From Spirochaetia bacterium (GTDB taxonomy: Bacteria > Spirochaetota > Spirochaetia > JAFGXN01), in assembly GCA_034120015.1 (NCBI GenBank), contig JAXEIF010000029.1:118963-182962 (forward strand): a stretch of DNA of 64,000 nucleotides, written 5' to 3'. The number at the start of each line of letters is the position of its first letter. Positions within the stretch are counted from its first letter, which is position 1. The notes under the pieces are model-generated. The model was not told where the DNA came from, did not search any database, and saw nothing but the letters and a program-made list of their open reading frames with translations. This document shows positions 26,840 through 36,126 of the stretch, piece after piece. Position numbers and translations under genes: made by a program.

Positions 26840-29068
26840 GTGATTTATCGTTTTTACATGACCTGTCCTGCTTACTGTGAAGAATTGCTGAGAAAAGAAA
26901 TCGAGAATGCGGGAGGAGTCGATATTAAGACCCGTATCCGATCCGTTACTTTCGGAGGGACACGGGAAGTCGGGTATCGTTTGTGCCTGTATTCGGCTTA
27001 CGGAAATGCCCTGTATCGAATTCTGACGGAAGGACATGCCGGGCGAAAAGAGGAGATTGTCCGTCTGGCGACCGAAGTGGAGTGGGAAAATATTTTTTCG
27101 GAAGATGCATCATTTTCGGTGACCTGCAAACTGGCATCCAATAACAGTACGGCAATTACCGATTCGCGTTACGGGGCTCTGCTCTTAAAAGATTGTGTTT
27201 GTGACCGCTTTCGCGATGTGTACGGGCGTCGTCCTTCAGTTAATACCGACAATCCCGATGTGAAGCTTCATTTGCAGATTGTTCATGCCCACGCTCTGAT
27301 TTGCGTCAACTGGTCCGGAGAAACGCTCAACCGCCGGGGATACCGTCCGATGGGCGTCGAAGCTCCTTTAAAAGAGAATACGGCCGCGGCTGTGATTGCC
27401 CGCTGCCGCAAACCGCTGTCGGCCGCCGAATTTGTCGTCGATCCGATGTGCGGCAGCGGGACGCTGTTAATCGAGGCGGCAATGGCCGAATCCGGTATTC
27501 CGGCCGGGCTGTTGCGAAGCCGCCGTTCCCGCGGTTTCGGTTTTCAAACGCTGAAAGATTTCGATCGCAGTTTGTGGGATCGTTTGCGCGCCGAAGCCGA
27601 AAAGGCGGTTTCCAAAGGAAACGGCGCCGCCGGACGTTCCCGGGTTCGTTATTTCGGATTTGACATCGACCGGCGGGCGGCGGAGGCGGCGCGGCAAAAC
27701 GCAGCGGCTGCCGGATTGGCCGACCGCATTGTGATTCGGCAGGCCGATTTTCATACGCTGACCGCCGATGCCTTTCCCGATGACTGGAGCCCCGAAAAGA
27801 CCTGTCTTGTGGTCAATCCGCCGTACGGAGAACGGCTGGGGGACAAAGCAACCGTACCGGATTTGTATCGCGATTTCGGTAACTGTCTGCGTGAGGTATT
27901 TCCCGGATCGGTTGCCTGCATTTTGTGCGGTGATGCATCGCTGGCGGCGGCTGTCGGGTTGAAGGCAGCAAAGACGGCGCCGTTTCGTAACGGAGCACTG
28001 GAAACCGTTTTGGCTGTCTATCCGATTTTTTCGGAATCTCAACGGAACGCTTCCCGTTTGGCGGTCGAATCGAAACTGTCGGCCGTTCATTCGGGGGAGG
28101 CGCTGTCTGACGGAAGCCTGATGTTTGTCAACCGTTTGAAGAAAAACAGCAAAGAGTGGAAAAAAACGGCCGTCTCTCGGACAACTTCCGTTTACCGTCT
28201 TTACGATGCCGATATGCCCGAATATAACGCCTCTGTCGATATTTACACTCCGGTTGAAGGCGATGACTGTTCGCCCCGCATTTATGTGAGCGAATACACC
28301 CCGCCTTCGTCGGTTTCCGAAGAATCGCGGCAAAAGCGGTTGAACGAAATGATCGACGGGCTTCTCTTCTTTTTCAAAACTGATCGCCGGCACCTTTATC
28401 TGCGAACCCGTTTCCGACAGAAAAACGGAGCGGTGTATGAAAAGCTGAGCGACGAGTCGGCGCTGTTTGTGATTGCCGAAGAAGGCCTGCGTTTTGAAGT
28501 CAATTTATCGGATTATCTCGATACCGGTATTTACCCGGATCACCGGCCGTTGCGCCGGATTCTGCGCAAAGAAGCATCGGGGAAACGATTTTTGAATCTG
28601 TTTTCATATACGGCGACCGCCAGCGTTTGCGTCGCTGCCGGCGGTGCCGTTCGGGTGGTTTCGGTCGACGCTTCTGCCCGTTATTTGGAAACGGGAAAGC
28701 GCAATTTTGAGTTAAACGGTCTTTCACCCGAAAATGCCGTTTGGATCAGGAGTGATGTCATGAAATTTCTGAGAGAAGACACTGCCGTCTTCGATCTTAT
28801 CTATCTCGATCCGCCTACTTTTTCCAATTCAAAAAGTGCCCGTGATGACTTTGATTTGCAGACGGCGCAATGCGAGCTGATTGATCTCTGCATGAAGCGG
28901 CTTGTAAAAGGAGGTGTTCTCTATTTTTCCAATCATTTTCGGAAATTTGTTCCCGATGAACGGATGACGGAAAAATGGATGCCGGAAGAAATAACCGAAG
29001 CGACTTTCGATCCGGATTTTCGGCGGAATCGAAAAATTCACAGATGCTGGAGGTTTGATAAAAAATGA
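26840..29068 (+). CDS. rlmL: bifunctional 23S rRNA methyltransferase RlmKL (m2G2445 / m7G2069)
   Basis: THUMP-like N-terminus, VVNPPYGERLG motif, and a second C-terminal SAM methyltransferase domain. 742 aa. Confidence 0.7.
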   Translation: MIYRFYMTCPAYCEELLRKEIENAGGVDIKTRIRSVTFGGTREVGYRLCLYSAYGNALYRILTEGHAGRKEEIVRLATEVEWENIFSEDASFSVTCKLASNNSTAITDSRYGALLLKDCVCDRFRDVYGRRPSVNTDNPDVKLHLQIVHAHALICVNWSGETLNRRGYRPMGVEAPLKENTAAAVIARCRKPLSAAEFVVDPMCGSGTLLIEAAMAESGIPAGLLRSRRSRGFGFQTLKDFDRSLWDRLRAEAEKAVSKGNGAAGRSRVRYFGFDIDRRAAEAARQNAAAAGLADRIVIRQADFHTLTADAFPDDWSPEKTCLVVNPPYGERLGDKATVPDLYRDFGNCLREVFPGSVACILCGDASLAAAVGLKAAKTAPFRNGALETVLAVYPIFSESQRNASRLAVESKLSAVHSGEALSDGSLMFVNRLKKNSKEWKKTAVSRTTSVYRLYDADMPEYNASVDIYTPVEGDDCSPRIYVSEYTPPSSVSEESRQKRLNEMIDGLLFFFKTDRRHLYLRTRFRQKNGAVYEKLSDESALFVIAEEGLRFEVNLSDYLDTGIYPDHRPLRRILRKEASGKRFLNLFSYTATASVCVAAGGAVRVVSVDASARYLETGKRNFELNGLSPENAVWIRSDVMKFLREDTAVFDLIYLDPPTFSNSKSARDDFDLQTAQCELIDLCMKRLVKGGVLYFSNHFRKFVPDERMTEKWMPEEITEATFDPDFRRNRKIHRCWRFDKK

Positions 29069-30759
29069 AACGGCTTCTTTTCTTTTTTCTTTATTTAACG
29101 GCGGTTATGCCGGGCTTTTCTCAAAATCCGGTTCCCGAATTGACGATAGAGCCGGGTGTGAATCAAATCAATATCATTATGACCATTCCCGAAGGATTTC
29201 AACAGGGGTGGCAGCCCCGGTTTTTCGGCGTCGATGTGGCCGGGGGAGACGGTTATACCGTGGCCGGTATCGATTTCCCCGACGGTTTTCGCGAAGGGGT
29301 TTATTTGACCGGAACTGTCACAATAACAGTGAGACTGACAGCCCTTGAATCGGGAGAGGCGGAAATCCCTTTCACGGTTCGTTATCAGTTGTGTGATCTT
29401 TCCGGAGTCTGTTTTATGCCGTCCCGGGCGGAACTGACGGCTTCCGTGCCCCTTTTGCCTTCGTCCGTAAACAGCTCAACGGTTGCGGTCGGAACCGGCA
29501 CTGTTGAGGAAGCATCGCCGGTGCAGACCGGTGCCTCTTCCGAAGCCGGGGCGCTTTCACCTGTTTTAATCCTGCTGTTTGCTTTTCTCGGCGGACTTTT
29601 GCTGAATATCATGCCGTGTGTGCTGCCGGTTCTTTCCCTGAAAGCATTCAGCCTGTTGCAGCAGGCCGGCTCGCAACGCAAGCAGATGTTTGTCAATGCC
29701 ATGCTTTACAGTGGCGGTATTATCGTATCGTTACTGCTGCTTGCGGCGGTCACGGTTGCAGTGCGGGCGGGAGGAAAAAGCGTCGGCTGGGGTTTCCAGT
29801 TCCAGAGTTTGGGATATCTGATTTTTCTGATCGTACTGCTGGTTTCGGTTTCTTTTGCCATGTTTGATGTGTTCGTGATTTCGTTGCCGGGGGGAGTTCG
29901 GGTCCGATCTCATAAAAATATGTATGCCGAAAGTTTTTTTACGGGTATTCTGGCTGTTCTTCTGGCGACGCCTTGTACGGCACCTCTGTTGGGGGCTGCC
30001 GTCGGATTCGCTCTGACAAAGTCGGCGGTGCTGATCTTTGCTGTTTTTTTTCTCATCGGGCTGGGGTTGGCCTTTCCGTTTCTGCTGATCGGAATTTTCC
30101 CCGGTGCCGTACGTTTTCTGCCGAAACCGGGGCAATGGATGAATACGGTCAAAGAAGTGACCGGTTTTATTTTGTGCGGTGTTGCTGTCTGGCTGCTTTC
30201 CGTTTTGGGCAGACAGGTCGGAACGACGGCCATATGCGGATTTTTGGGGTGGCTGCTTTTACTGGTGTTTTCGTTTCGGATTTGGAACGGGTATGTCGTT
30301 TTGGGCAAGAAACGGACGGTGCGCATAATCGCCCTCTCTGTCATTGTTCTGTTGCTGGTTCCGACCGCTTTTGCGTTGTTTCCGACTCAGCGTATTGAAA
30401 AAGAGGCGGCCGGGTCGGTTTTTTCCGGTTATGAAATTTTTTCCGAAGCAGCTGTCCGTGAGGCGGTTGAAAACGGGGACTCTGTTTTTGTCGTGTTTTC
30501 CGCAGACTGGTGTCTTACCTGTCAAACCAACGAAAAAACCGTTCTTTCCGATGACGGTATTCGTCGGCTGTTTCGGGAACGGGGCGTCCGTCTGTTTTAC
30601 GGGGATTTCACCGCAGGAGACGAAAACATCGGATCCTGGTTGCGCCGTTACGGCCGTGCCGGCGTTCCGTTCGCCCTGTTTATCGATCAGGACGGGAATG
30701 AGACCGTATTGCCGGAGCTCTTGACGAAAAATCAAATAAAAGGTTTACTGGAAAAATAA
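29065..30759 (+). CDS. dsbD: thiol:disulfide interchange protein DsbD (alpha, beta and gamma domains)
   Basis: The periplasmic alpha domain has the motif QLCDLSGVC. The transmembrane core has the motifs NIMPCVLPVL and ATPCTAPLLG. The C-terminal thioredoxin domain has the motif WCLTCQ. ATGA overlap with rlmL. Confidence 0.7.
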   Translation: MKRLLFFFLYLTAVMPGFSQNPVPELTIEPGVNQINIIMTIPEGFQQGWQPRFFGVDVAGGDGYTVAGIDFPDGFREGVYLTGTVTITVRLTALESGEAEIPFTVRYQLCDLSGVCFMPSRAELTASVPLLPSSVNSSTVAVGTGTVEEASPVQTGASSEAGALSPVLILLFAFLGGLLLNIMPCVLPVLSLKAFSLLQQAGSQRKQMFVNAMLYSGGIIVSLLLLAAVTVAVRAGGKSVGWGFQFQSLGYLIFLIVLLVSVSFAMFDVFVISLPGGVRVRSHKNMYAESFFTGILAVLLATPCTAPLLGAAVGFALTKSAVLIFAVFFLIGLGLAFPFLLIGIFPGAVRFLPKPGQWMNTVKEVTGFILCGVAVWLLSVLGRQVGTTAICGFLGWLLLLVFSFRIWNGYVVLGKKRTVRIIALSVIVLLLVPTAFALFPTQRIEKEAAGSVFSGYEIFSEAAVREAVENGDSVFVVFSADWCLTCQTNEKTVLSDDGIRRLFRERGVRLFYGDFTAGDENIGSWLRRYGRAGVPFALFIDQDGNETVLPELLTKNQIKGLLEK

Positions 30760-30771
30760 AGGAGTCTGTAT

Positions 30772-32679
30772 ATGAATGAGAAAACGGTACCCCAACGCTA
30801 TTTGACCGCCTGCCGGAATTATCCCGAGTTGCCGATTCAGATTTACCGAGAGAAAAAAGAAGTGCATACGGTATCCTATGCCGAATCGCTTTCAACGGTT
30901 GCCTGTGTCGCCGCGGGACTGAAGTCGCTCGGAATCGGTAAAGGCGAAAAAGTCACCGTTTATTCCGATAACCGTCCCGAATGGCTGATTTTTAATTTTG
31001 CGCTTTTAGGCATCGGTGCGGTTGATGTGCCGCGCGGAACGGATACTTCTTTTGACGAACTTTCCTATATCATCGGACACAGCGAAAGTACGTGGGCGGT
31101 TTTTGAGACAAAAACCTTGGCCGAAAAGTTCTTTTCCGATTTTCCGGAAAGCGCTTTAAAGGGTGTTTTCATTTTTTCCGAAAACGGGAAGGCTGACAAT
31201 ATATCCGTTCCCCAATATCTCTTTTCCGATTTAATCGGTATGGGGAAAGAGGTGCAGTCCGATCCGGTCGGATTTTTTTCGGCCGAAGCCGAAAAAGGAG
31301 AATCCGATGATCTGGCATGTCTGATTTATACTTCCGGGACAACGGGCCGTCCCAAAGGGGTCATGCTGCCGCATCGCAGTTTTATGTTTCAGCTGGAACG
31401 TATTTATACCGATTTTATTCCGTGCAAACCGGGGCATAAAGATCTGTGTGTTCTGCCGATATGGCATGCGTTCGAACGGACATGCGAATACATTGTGGCT
31501 ACCTGTGGCGCTTCACTGGTTTACGGTAAACCGATCGGACCTGCCATTTTAAGGGATTTGGCCGAATTCCGTCCTCAGTGGTTCGGTTCGGTGCCTCGTA
31601 TTTGGGAAGGTGTTTACAAGGGAATTTATAAAACTGTCCGGGAAGGCGGTCTTGTTAAACAGCTGATGTTTGATTTTTTTGTTTCCGTCAGCACGGAATT
31701 CAAACGCTTTCAGCATATTTTAAAAGGTGAGTATGCGTGGCTGAAGCGCCCCAATCGTTTTGCCGACATACTGATTTCTTTTTTCCCGCTGATTTGTCTG
31801 GCTCCGTTTCATTATCTGGGGGATATGCTGGTCTTTTCCGCAATCCGGAAAAAATTAGGCGGAGCCATGATTGCCTGCGTTTCGGGAGGAGGGTCTTTAC
31901 CGCCTTACATTGACCGTTTCTTTATGGCAGCGGGGATTACTTTGCTCGAAGGTTACGGATTGACGGAAACCGGGCCGGTTTTGGCGGTTCGCAAACTGCA
32001 CCATCAGATACCGGGAGTTGTCGGTGAATTTCTGCCCGACATCGAGTATAAAGTTGTGGATGAATTCGGAAATCCCGTTCCTACGGCTTCCAAAGGACGT
32101 CTGCTTGTCAAATCTCCGCAGGTGATGGACGGTTACTACAAAGATTCCGAAAAAACCGATGCCGTTTTGAAAGACGGGTGGTTTGATACGGAAGATTTGG
32201 TCCTTGTGACTTACAACAAAGCGTTAAAAATTATCGGACGGGCAAAAGAAACGATTGTACTCAGCGGAGGAGAAAACGTCGAGCCGAAACCGATTGAAGA
32301 TGCACTGTGCGAATCTCCGTATATCGAGTCGGTGATGCTGGTCGGGCAGGATCGACGGTATTTGGGAGCTCTGATTGTTCCCGCATTTGATATGCTGGGA
32401 GAATTTGCCAGAGAACACGGCTTTAACGAAGTTCCCGCCGAGGATTTAATTAATGTTCCCGAAATCAATGATTTTTATTCGAATCTGATTCGTGAAAAAA
32501 TTTCTCCGGCAAAAGGATTCCGCAACTGCGAGTTAATCGGCGGTTTTGTTCTGCTCTCGCAGGCTTTTCGTGTCGGAATCGAAATGACGACAACCCTGAA
32601 AATAAAACGTAATGTCGTCTCCCGGATGTACGAATCGGAAATCAACGGGATTTACAGCGATAAAACGGGAAAAAATTAA
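30772..32679 (+). CDS. long-chain fatty-acid--CoA ligase (AMP-binding family)
   Basis: LIYTSGTTGRPKGVML AMP-binding signature. 635 aa. Confidence 0.7.
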   Translation: MNEKTVPQRYLTACRNYPELPIQIYREKKEVHTVSYAESLSTVACVAAGLKSLGIGKGEKVTVYSDNRPEWLIFNFALLGIGAVDVPRGTDTSFDELSYIIGHSESTWAVFETKTLAEKFFSDFPESALKGVFIFSENGKADNISVPQYLFSDLIGMGKEVQSDPVGFFSAEAEKGESDDLACLIYTSGTTGRPKGVMLPHRSFMFQLERIYTDFIPCKPGHKDLCVLPIWHAFERTCEYIVATCGASLVYGKPIGPAILRDLAEFRPQWFGSVPRIWEGVYKGIYKTVREGGLVKQLMFDFFVSVSTEFKRFQHILKGEYAWLKRPNRFADILISFFPLICLAPFHYLGDMLVFSAIRKKLGGAMIACVSGGGSLPPYIDRFFMAAGITLLEGYGLTETGPVLAVRKLHHQIPGVVGEFLPDIEYKVVDEFGNPVPTASKGRLLVKSPQVMDGYYKDSEKTDAVLKDGWFDTEDLVLVTYNKALKIIGRAKETIVLSGGENVEPKPIEDALCESPYIESVMLVGQDRRYLGALIVPAFDMLGEFAREHGFNEVPAEDLINVPEINDFYSNLIREKISPAKGFRNCELIGGFVLLSQAFRVGIEMTTTLKIKRNVVSRMYESEINGIYSDKTGKN

Positions 32680-33038
32680 ACGGACAGACGGGTAATCCAA
32701 TACGCCAAACCGGCGATAATCCCCAACAGAACCGTAACAAGGAGAATGCGTCCCCCGACAGAGACTGATTGGGGAGACGGCAGTGAAATCGATCGGATTT
32801 TAGATTGGGCTGCCCGATTACGGTCGGCAGCCGCTTTCTTTTGTTCTTCGCTCATAAAGCCGCAGGAGGGACATCCGTTGGAAAATTCCTGTGCGTTTCC
32901 GGAATAATCGCATTGCGGACATTTAATAGAATCAAACTGTTTGCCGCAGTGGGGGCATCGGACGTCCCATTTGTCGACCTGGTTGCCGCAGGCTTCGCAA
33001 AAATAATTGGCTTTCGGTTTAGGCATTTTTTTCTCCAA
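32676..33038 (-). CDS. double zinc-ribbon protein with a C-terminal transmembrane anchor
   Basis: CEACG..CPHCG..CPQC..CPSCG, then a hydrophobic helix ILLVTVLLGIIAGLAYWI. The stop overlaps the convergent fadD-like stop. Confidence 0.45.
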   Translation of the reverse strand: MEKKMPKPKANYFCEACGNQVDKWDVRCPHCGKQFDSIKCPQCDYSGNAQEFSNGCPSCGFMSEEQKKAAADRNRAAQSKIRSISLPSPQSVSVGGRILLVTVLLGIIAGLAYWITRLSV

Positions 33039-33312
33039 GCAGACGGAATAATTTCGGAAATACGGAGTTTTCCTGTTTCAGTTCTTTCGATCCGCGTGTG
33101 ATCTTGCAGAGACTTACTCCCAAATCGGCTGCGATCGCTCTTTGCGGACGTCCTTCGTAAAGTTGCTTGACCAGTGTCCATCGTAAAGAAATTTCTTCTC
33201 TCTCTTTTTGGGTCAGAAGTGCGTGAAGCAACTTTTCTACCATGTCTTTATCATCAATTCGCGTTAATATTTCAGTCAGCTCAATCCATTCGGGGCGGTA
33301 ATCTCGTTTCAT
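33019..33312 (-). CDS. TrpR/YerC-YecD family DNA-binding protein
   Basis: LLTQKEREEISLRWTLVKQLYEGRPQRAIAADLGVSLCKITRGSKELK parallels the E. coli TrpR core ...[48 protein letters not shown]. Confidence 0.5.
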   Translation of the reverse strand: MKRDYRPEWIELTEILTRIDDKDMVEKLLHALLTQKEREEISLRWTLVKQLYEGRPQRAIAADLGVSLCKITRGSKELKQENSVFPKLFRLLGEKNA

Positions 33313-33317
33313 TTTGT

Positions 33318-33542
33318 TTAAAAACTGGCCTTCAGGCTTTCCGCAAAGTTTTTGTCGCCGATCTGACCGAGAATCTCGTCTGCTTCGGCATTATTTCCCC
33401 GGTAACGGAGAAGACAGTAAACATCTCCCAAAATTTCGTCGTCGCCGGTTCTGATTTTTTTATATTCGTCGGCACTCATTGCCTGGCCGAGAATGTCGTC
33501 CATCTCGGCATCCGTTACGGCTAAATCGAAAATAGTTTTCAT
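33318..33542 (-). CDS. small acidic protein with three internal D(D/E)ILG(Q/D) repeats
   Basis: AEMDDILGQA / GDDEILGDV / AEADEILGQI. 74 aa. First gene of a three-gene minus-strand operon. Confidence 0.35.
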   Translation of the reverse strand: MKTIFDLAVTDAEMDDILGQAMSADEYKKIRTGDDEILGDVYCLLRYRGNNAEADEILGQIGDKNFAESLKASF

Positions 33543-33748
33543 GATTTTACTCCTTTTTTTAATATCAAACCTGACGTTTGCATTTTATAATGGAAATCCT
33601 TTTTTTTCCAGTAGATTTTTTCGAAATTCCGAAAAGTTAATCCCCTCCGAAAAAATTTTCCGTCTGTACGGAAAAAAAATTTGACAAATAAGAAAAGTCA
33701 TTATACGATATTGTATCGGGATTTTATCATTTGTGAAGAGGAGTTTTC

Positions 33749-35647
33749 ATGAATAAAAAGGTTTTTATTTACGTAGCGATTGCCTGTTTGCTGGCATTGT
33801 TTGCGTTCGGCAGCATTTATACACCGAAAGCGGAAACCGTTCAGACAGTGGCTTTGCAGGGAAAAACGGTTACCGAAGAAGCATTCGCAAGTCAGCTGAT
33901 TCAGGACGGAAAAAGTCTGACAACATTGGATTATGTTCTTGTTGTTCTGTATGCCGTTTTGATTGTGGCGTTGGGATTATTTGCGTCACGGACAAAAAAA
34001 GGTCATGAAAGAGACGAGAAAGACTATTTCCTGGCCGGAAAGTCGTTGCCCTGGTGGGTTGTCGGTTCTTCTCTGATTGCCGCCAATATTTCGGCCGAGC
34101 AGTTTGTCGGTACATCCGGATCGGGATTTGCCATCGGTCTGGCCATTGCCAGTTACGAGTGGATGTCGGCCCTGACTCTGATTATTGTCGGTAAGTATTT
34201 CCTGCCGGTTTTTATAAAGGAAGGAATTTATACGATTCCCGAATTTGTGGAAAAACGGTACAACCGGACGTTGAAAACCATTCTTTCCGTTTTCTGGCTG
34301 GCTCTGTTTACGTTTGTCAATCTGACTTCGGTTCTTTATCTCGGAGCCCGTGCTATGTCGACGGTCATTCCCGGCTTGAATCTGCTGCACTGCGTTTTAA
34401 TTTTGGCTCTTTTTGCTGCCGCCTATTCACTGTGGGGCGGTCTGTCGGCCGTTGCCTGGACCGATGTTATTCAGGTTATTTGTCTGACGATCGGCGGTAT
34501 TATTACGACGATTGTTGCTGTCGAGAAAGTCGGCGGTTTGGACACTATGATTGCTCAGTTTCCCGGTCATTTCGAACTGATTCTGAGTCCCGAAAATCCC
34601 GAATTTAAAAATTTGCCCGGATTGGGTGTTTTAATCGGCGGTATGTGGGTTGCCAACCTCTACTACTGGGGATTCAATCAGTATATTATCCAGAGAACTT
34701 TTGCTGCCAAAAGTCTTGCCGAATCGCAGAAAGGAATTGCGATGGCTGCCGTTTTGAAGATGATTCTGCCTCTGATTATTGTTATTCCGGGAATTGCCGC
34801 TTATGTTCTTTTTCAGGACGGACAAATTTCGATGCCTGTCAATGAGAAAGGAGGTGTTATTAACGATTCTGCTTACCCGATTCTGCTCGGTTTTCTGAAA
34901 CCCGGTTTGCGCGGTATTGCTTTTGCGGCATTACTGGCGGCAATCGTTTCCTCTTTGGCCTCTATGCTCAATTCGATTTCCACTATTTTCACAATGGATA
35001 TCTTCAGAGTCTACATTAAAAAAGATGCTTCTTCCAGAACATTGGTAAATGTCGGTCGTCTGGCTGCCGTTGTTGCCCTGGTTATCGGTATGATTATTGC
35101 GCCTATGATGAAGAATATCGGACAGGGTATTCAGTTTATTCAGGAATATACCGGTTTGGTTTCGCCTCCGATTCTGGCTGTATTCCTGCTCGGGCTGTTC
35201 TGGAAACGGACCAGTACGACAGGTGCGATTATCGGTGCTGTTTTGGGATCGGTTTTTTCGTTGGGAATTAAATTGGTTGTTAACTTTATTCCTTCCGTAT
35301 CGATTCCGTTCATGCATCAGATGGGGATCACCTGTCTGGTTACCATGGCAATTATCTGGATTATCAGTCTGATGCAGAATCGTAATAAGGATGACAATAA
35401 AGCATTGGTTCTGGAAAGCGGAATTTTCAAAACACATGCCGCGTTTAATGTGATTGCCTTTGCCATTGTTATGATTTTGTGTGCACTGTACACTGTATTC
35501 TGGAACACCGGAATGATTCGCAAGGTATTTAAAGTCGACGACTCTCTGGTGAAAGAACAGATTATTGTCACTCCTAAAAAGACCGATGCGGCGGCTGCGG
35601 TTGCTGCCGGCGAAACCGTTGAGGTTTCCGCATCGGAAATTCAATAA
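33749..35647 (+). CDS. sodium:solute symporter family (SSS) transporter
   Basis: DYFLAGKSLPWWVVGSSLIAANISAEQFVGTSGSGF is the SSS signature region. About 13-14 transmembrane segments. Confidence 0.7.
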   Translation: MNKKVFIYVAIACLLALFAFGSIYTPKAETVQTVALQGKTVTEEAFASQLIQDGKSLTTLDYVLVVLYAVLIVALGLFASRTKKGHERDEKDYFLAGKSLPWWVVGSSLIAANISAEQFVGTSGSGFAIGLAIASYEWMSALTLIIVGKYFLPVFIKEGIYTIPEFVEKRYNRTLKTILSVFWLALFTFVNLTSVLYLGARAMSTVIPGLNLLHCVLILALFAAAYSLWGGLSAVAWTDVIQVICLTIGGIITTIVAVEKVGGLDTMIAQFPGHFELILSPENPEFKNLPGLGVLIGGMWVANLYYWGFNQYIIQRTFAAKSLAESQKGIAMAAVLKMILPLIIVIPGIAAYVLFQDGQISMPVNEKGGVINDSAYPILLGFLKPGLRGIAFAALLAAIVSSLASMLNSISTIFTMDIFRVYIKKDASSRTLVNVGRLAAVVALVIGMIIAPMMKNIGQGIQFIQEYTGLVSPPILAVFLLGLFWKRTSTTGAIIGAVLGSVFSLGIKLVVNFIPSVSIPFMHQMGITCLVTMAIIWIISLMQNRNKDDNKALVLESGIFKTHAAFNVIAFAIVMILCALYTVFWNTGMIRKVFKVDDSLVKEQIIVTPKKTDAAAAVAAGETVEVSASEIQ

Positions 35648-35707
35648 TTGCGGATTAATTATCCGCAATCTTAAAAAAAGGGTCGTTCGTTTGAACGACC
35701 CTTTTTT
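35648..35707. terminator. two hairpins between convergent genes: TTGCGGAT-TAAT-ATCCGCAA, then a bidirectional terminator AAAAAAAGGGTCGTTC-GTTT-GAACGACCCTTTTTT
   Basis: Read directly. The second hairpin has a perfect 9-bp GC-rich stem flanked by A7 and T6. Confidence 0.75.
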
Positions 35708-35737
35708 ATCAATCATCCGGTTTCGGGCATTGATTTT

Positions 35738-36079
35738 TTATCTGGCCACGATTTCTTTTATAATAAATTCTCCCCCCTCAATGACTTTACAGTTCTGTGA
35801 TTGACAGTGCGGACATCGGTCTTCGTTTCCTTTTATGGCAAAAGTTTTACCGCAGTTCCAGCAAAGAGCTTTTCCCGGAATAATATTGATTTTTAATTCC
35901 GTTTTTTCCAGTAATGTTCCCTCAATAACGGCAGGATAGCATTCTTCAACATATTCGGGAACCACTCCCGAATATTCGCCGATATTCAATACCAGTGTAC
36001 CGATTTCCGTTACGTTGTTTTCTTTTGCAACCGCTTCTATCTTATCGACGATTTCAGCCATCAATCCCAATTCGTGCAT
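35738..36079 (-). CDS. hypA: hydrogenase/urease nickel-insertion metallochaperone HypA
   Basis: MHELGLMAEIV... N-terminus. C-terminal zinc site CWNCG...CPHCQ. 113 aa. Confidence 0.75.
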   Translation of the reverse strand: MHELGLMAEIVDKIEAVAKENNVTEIGTLVLNIGEYSGVVPEYVEECYPAVIEGTLLEKTELKINIIPGKALCWNCGKTFAIKGNEDRCPHCQSQNCKVIEGGEFIIKEIVAR

Positions 36080-36126
36080 ATCGGTTCTCCTGAGAAAGCG
36101 CCCGTGCAAACGGGCGCTGTGCGGAA

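Noticed and set aside
33660-33690. AAAATTTTCCGT-CTGT-ACGGAAAAAAAA as a rho-independent terminator
   Set aside because: It lies in the shared upstream region of two divergent genes, where no terminator is expected. It is more likely an operator or bent-DNA element and is reported in the findings instead.
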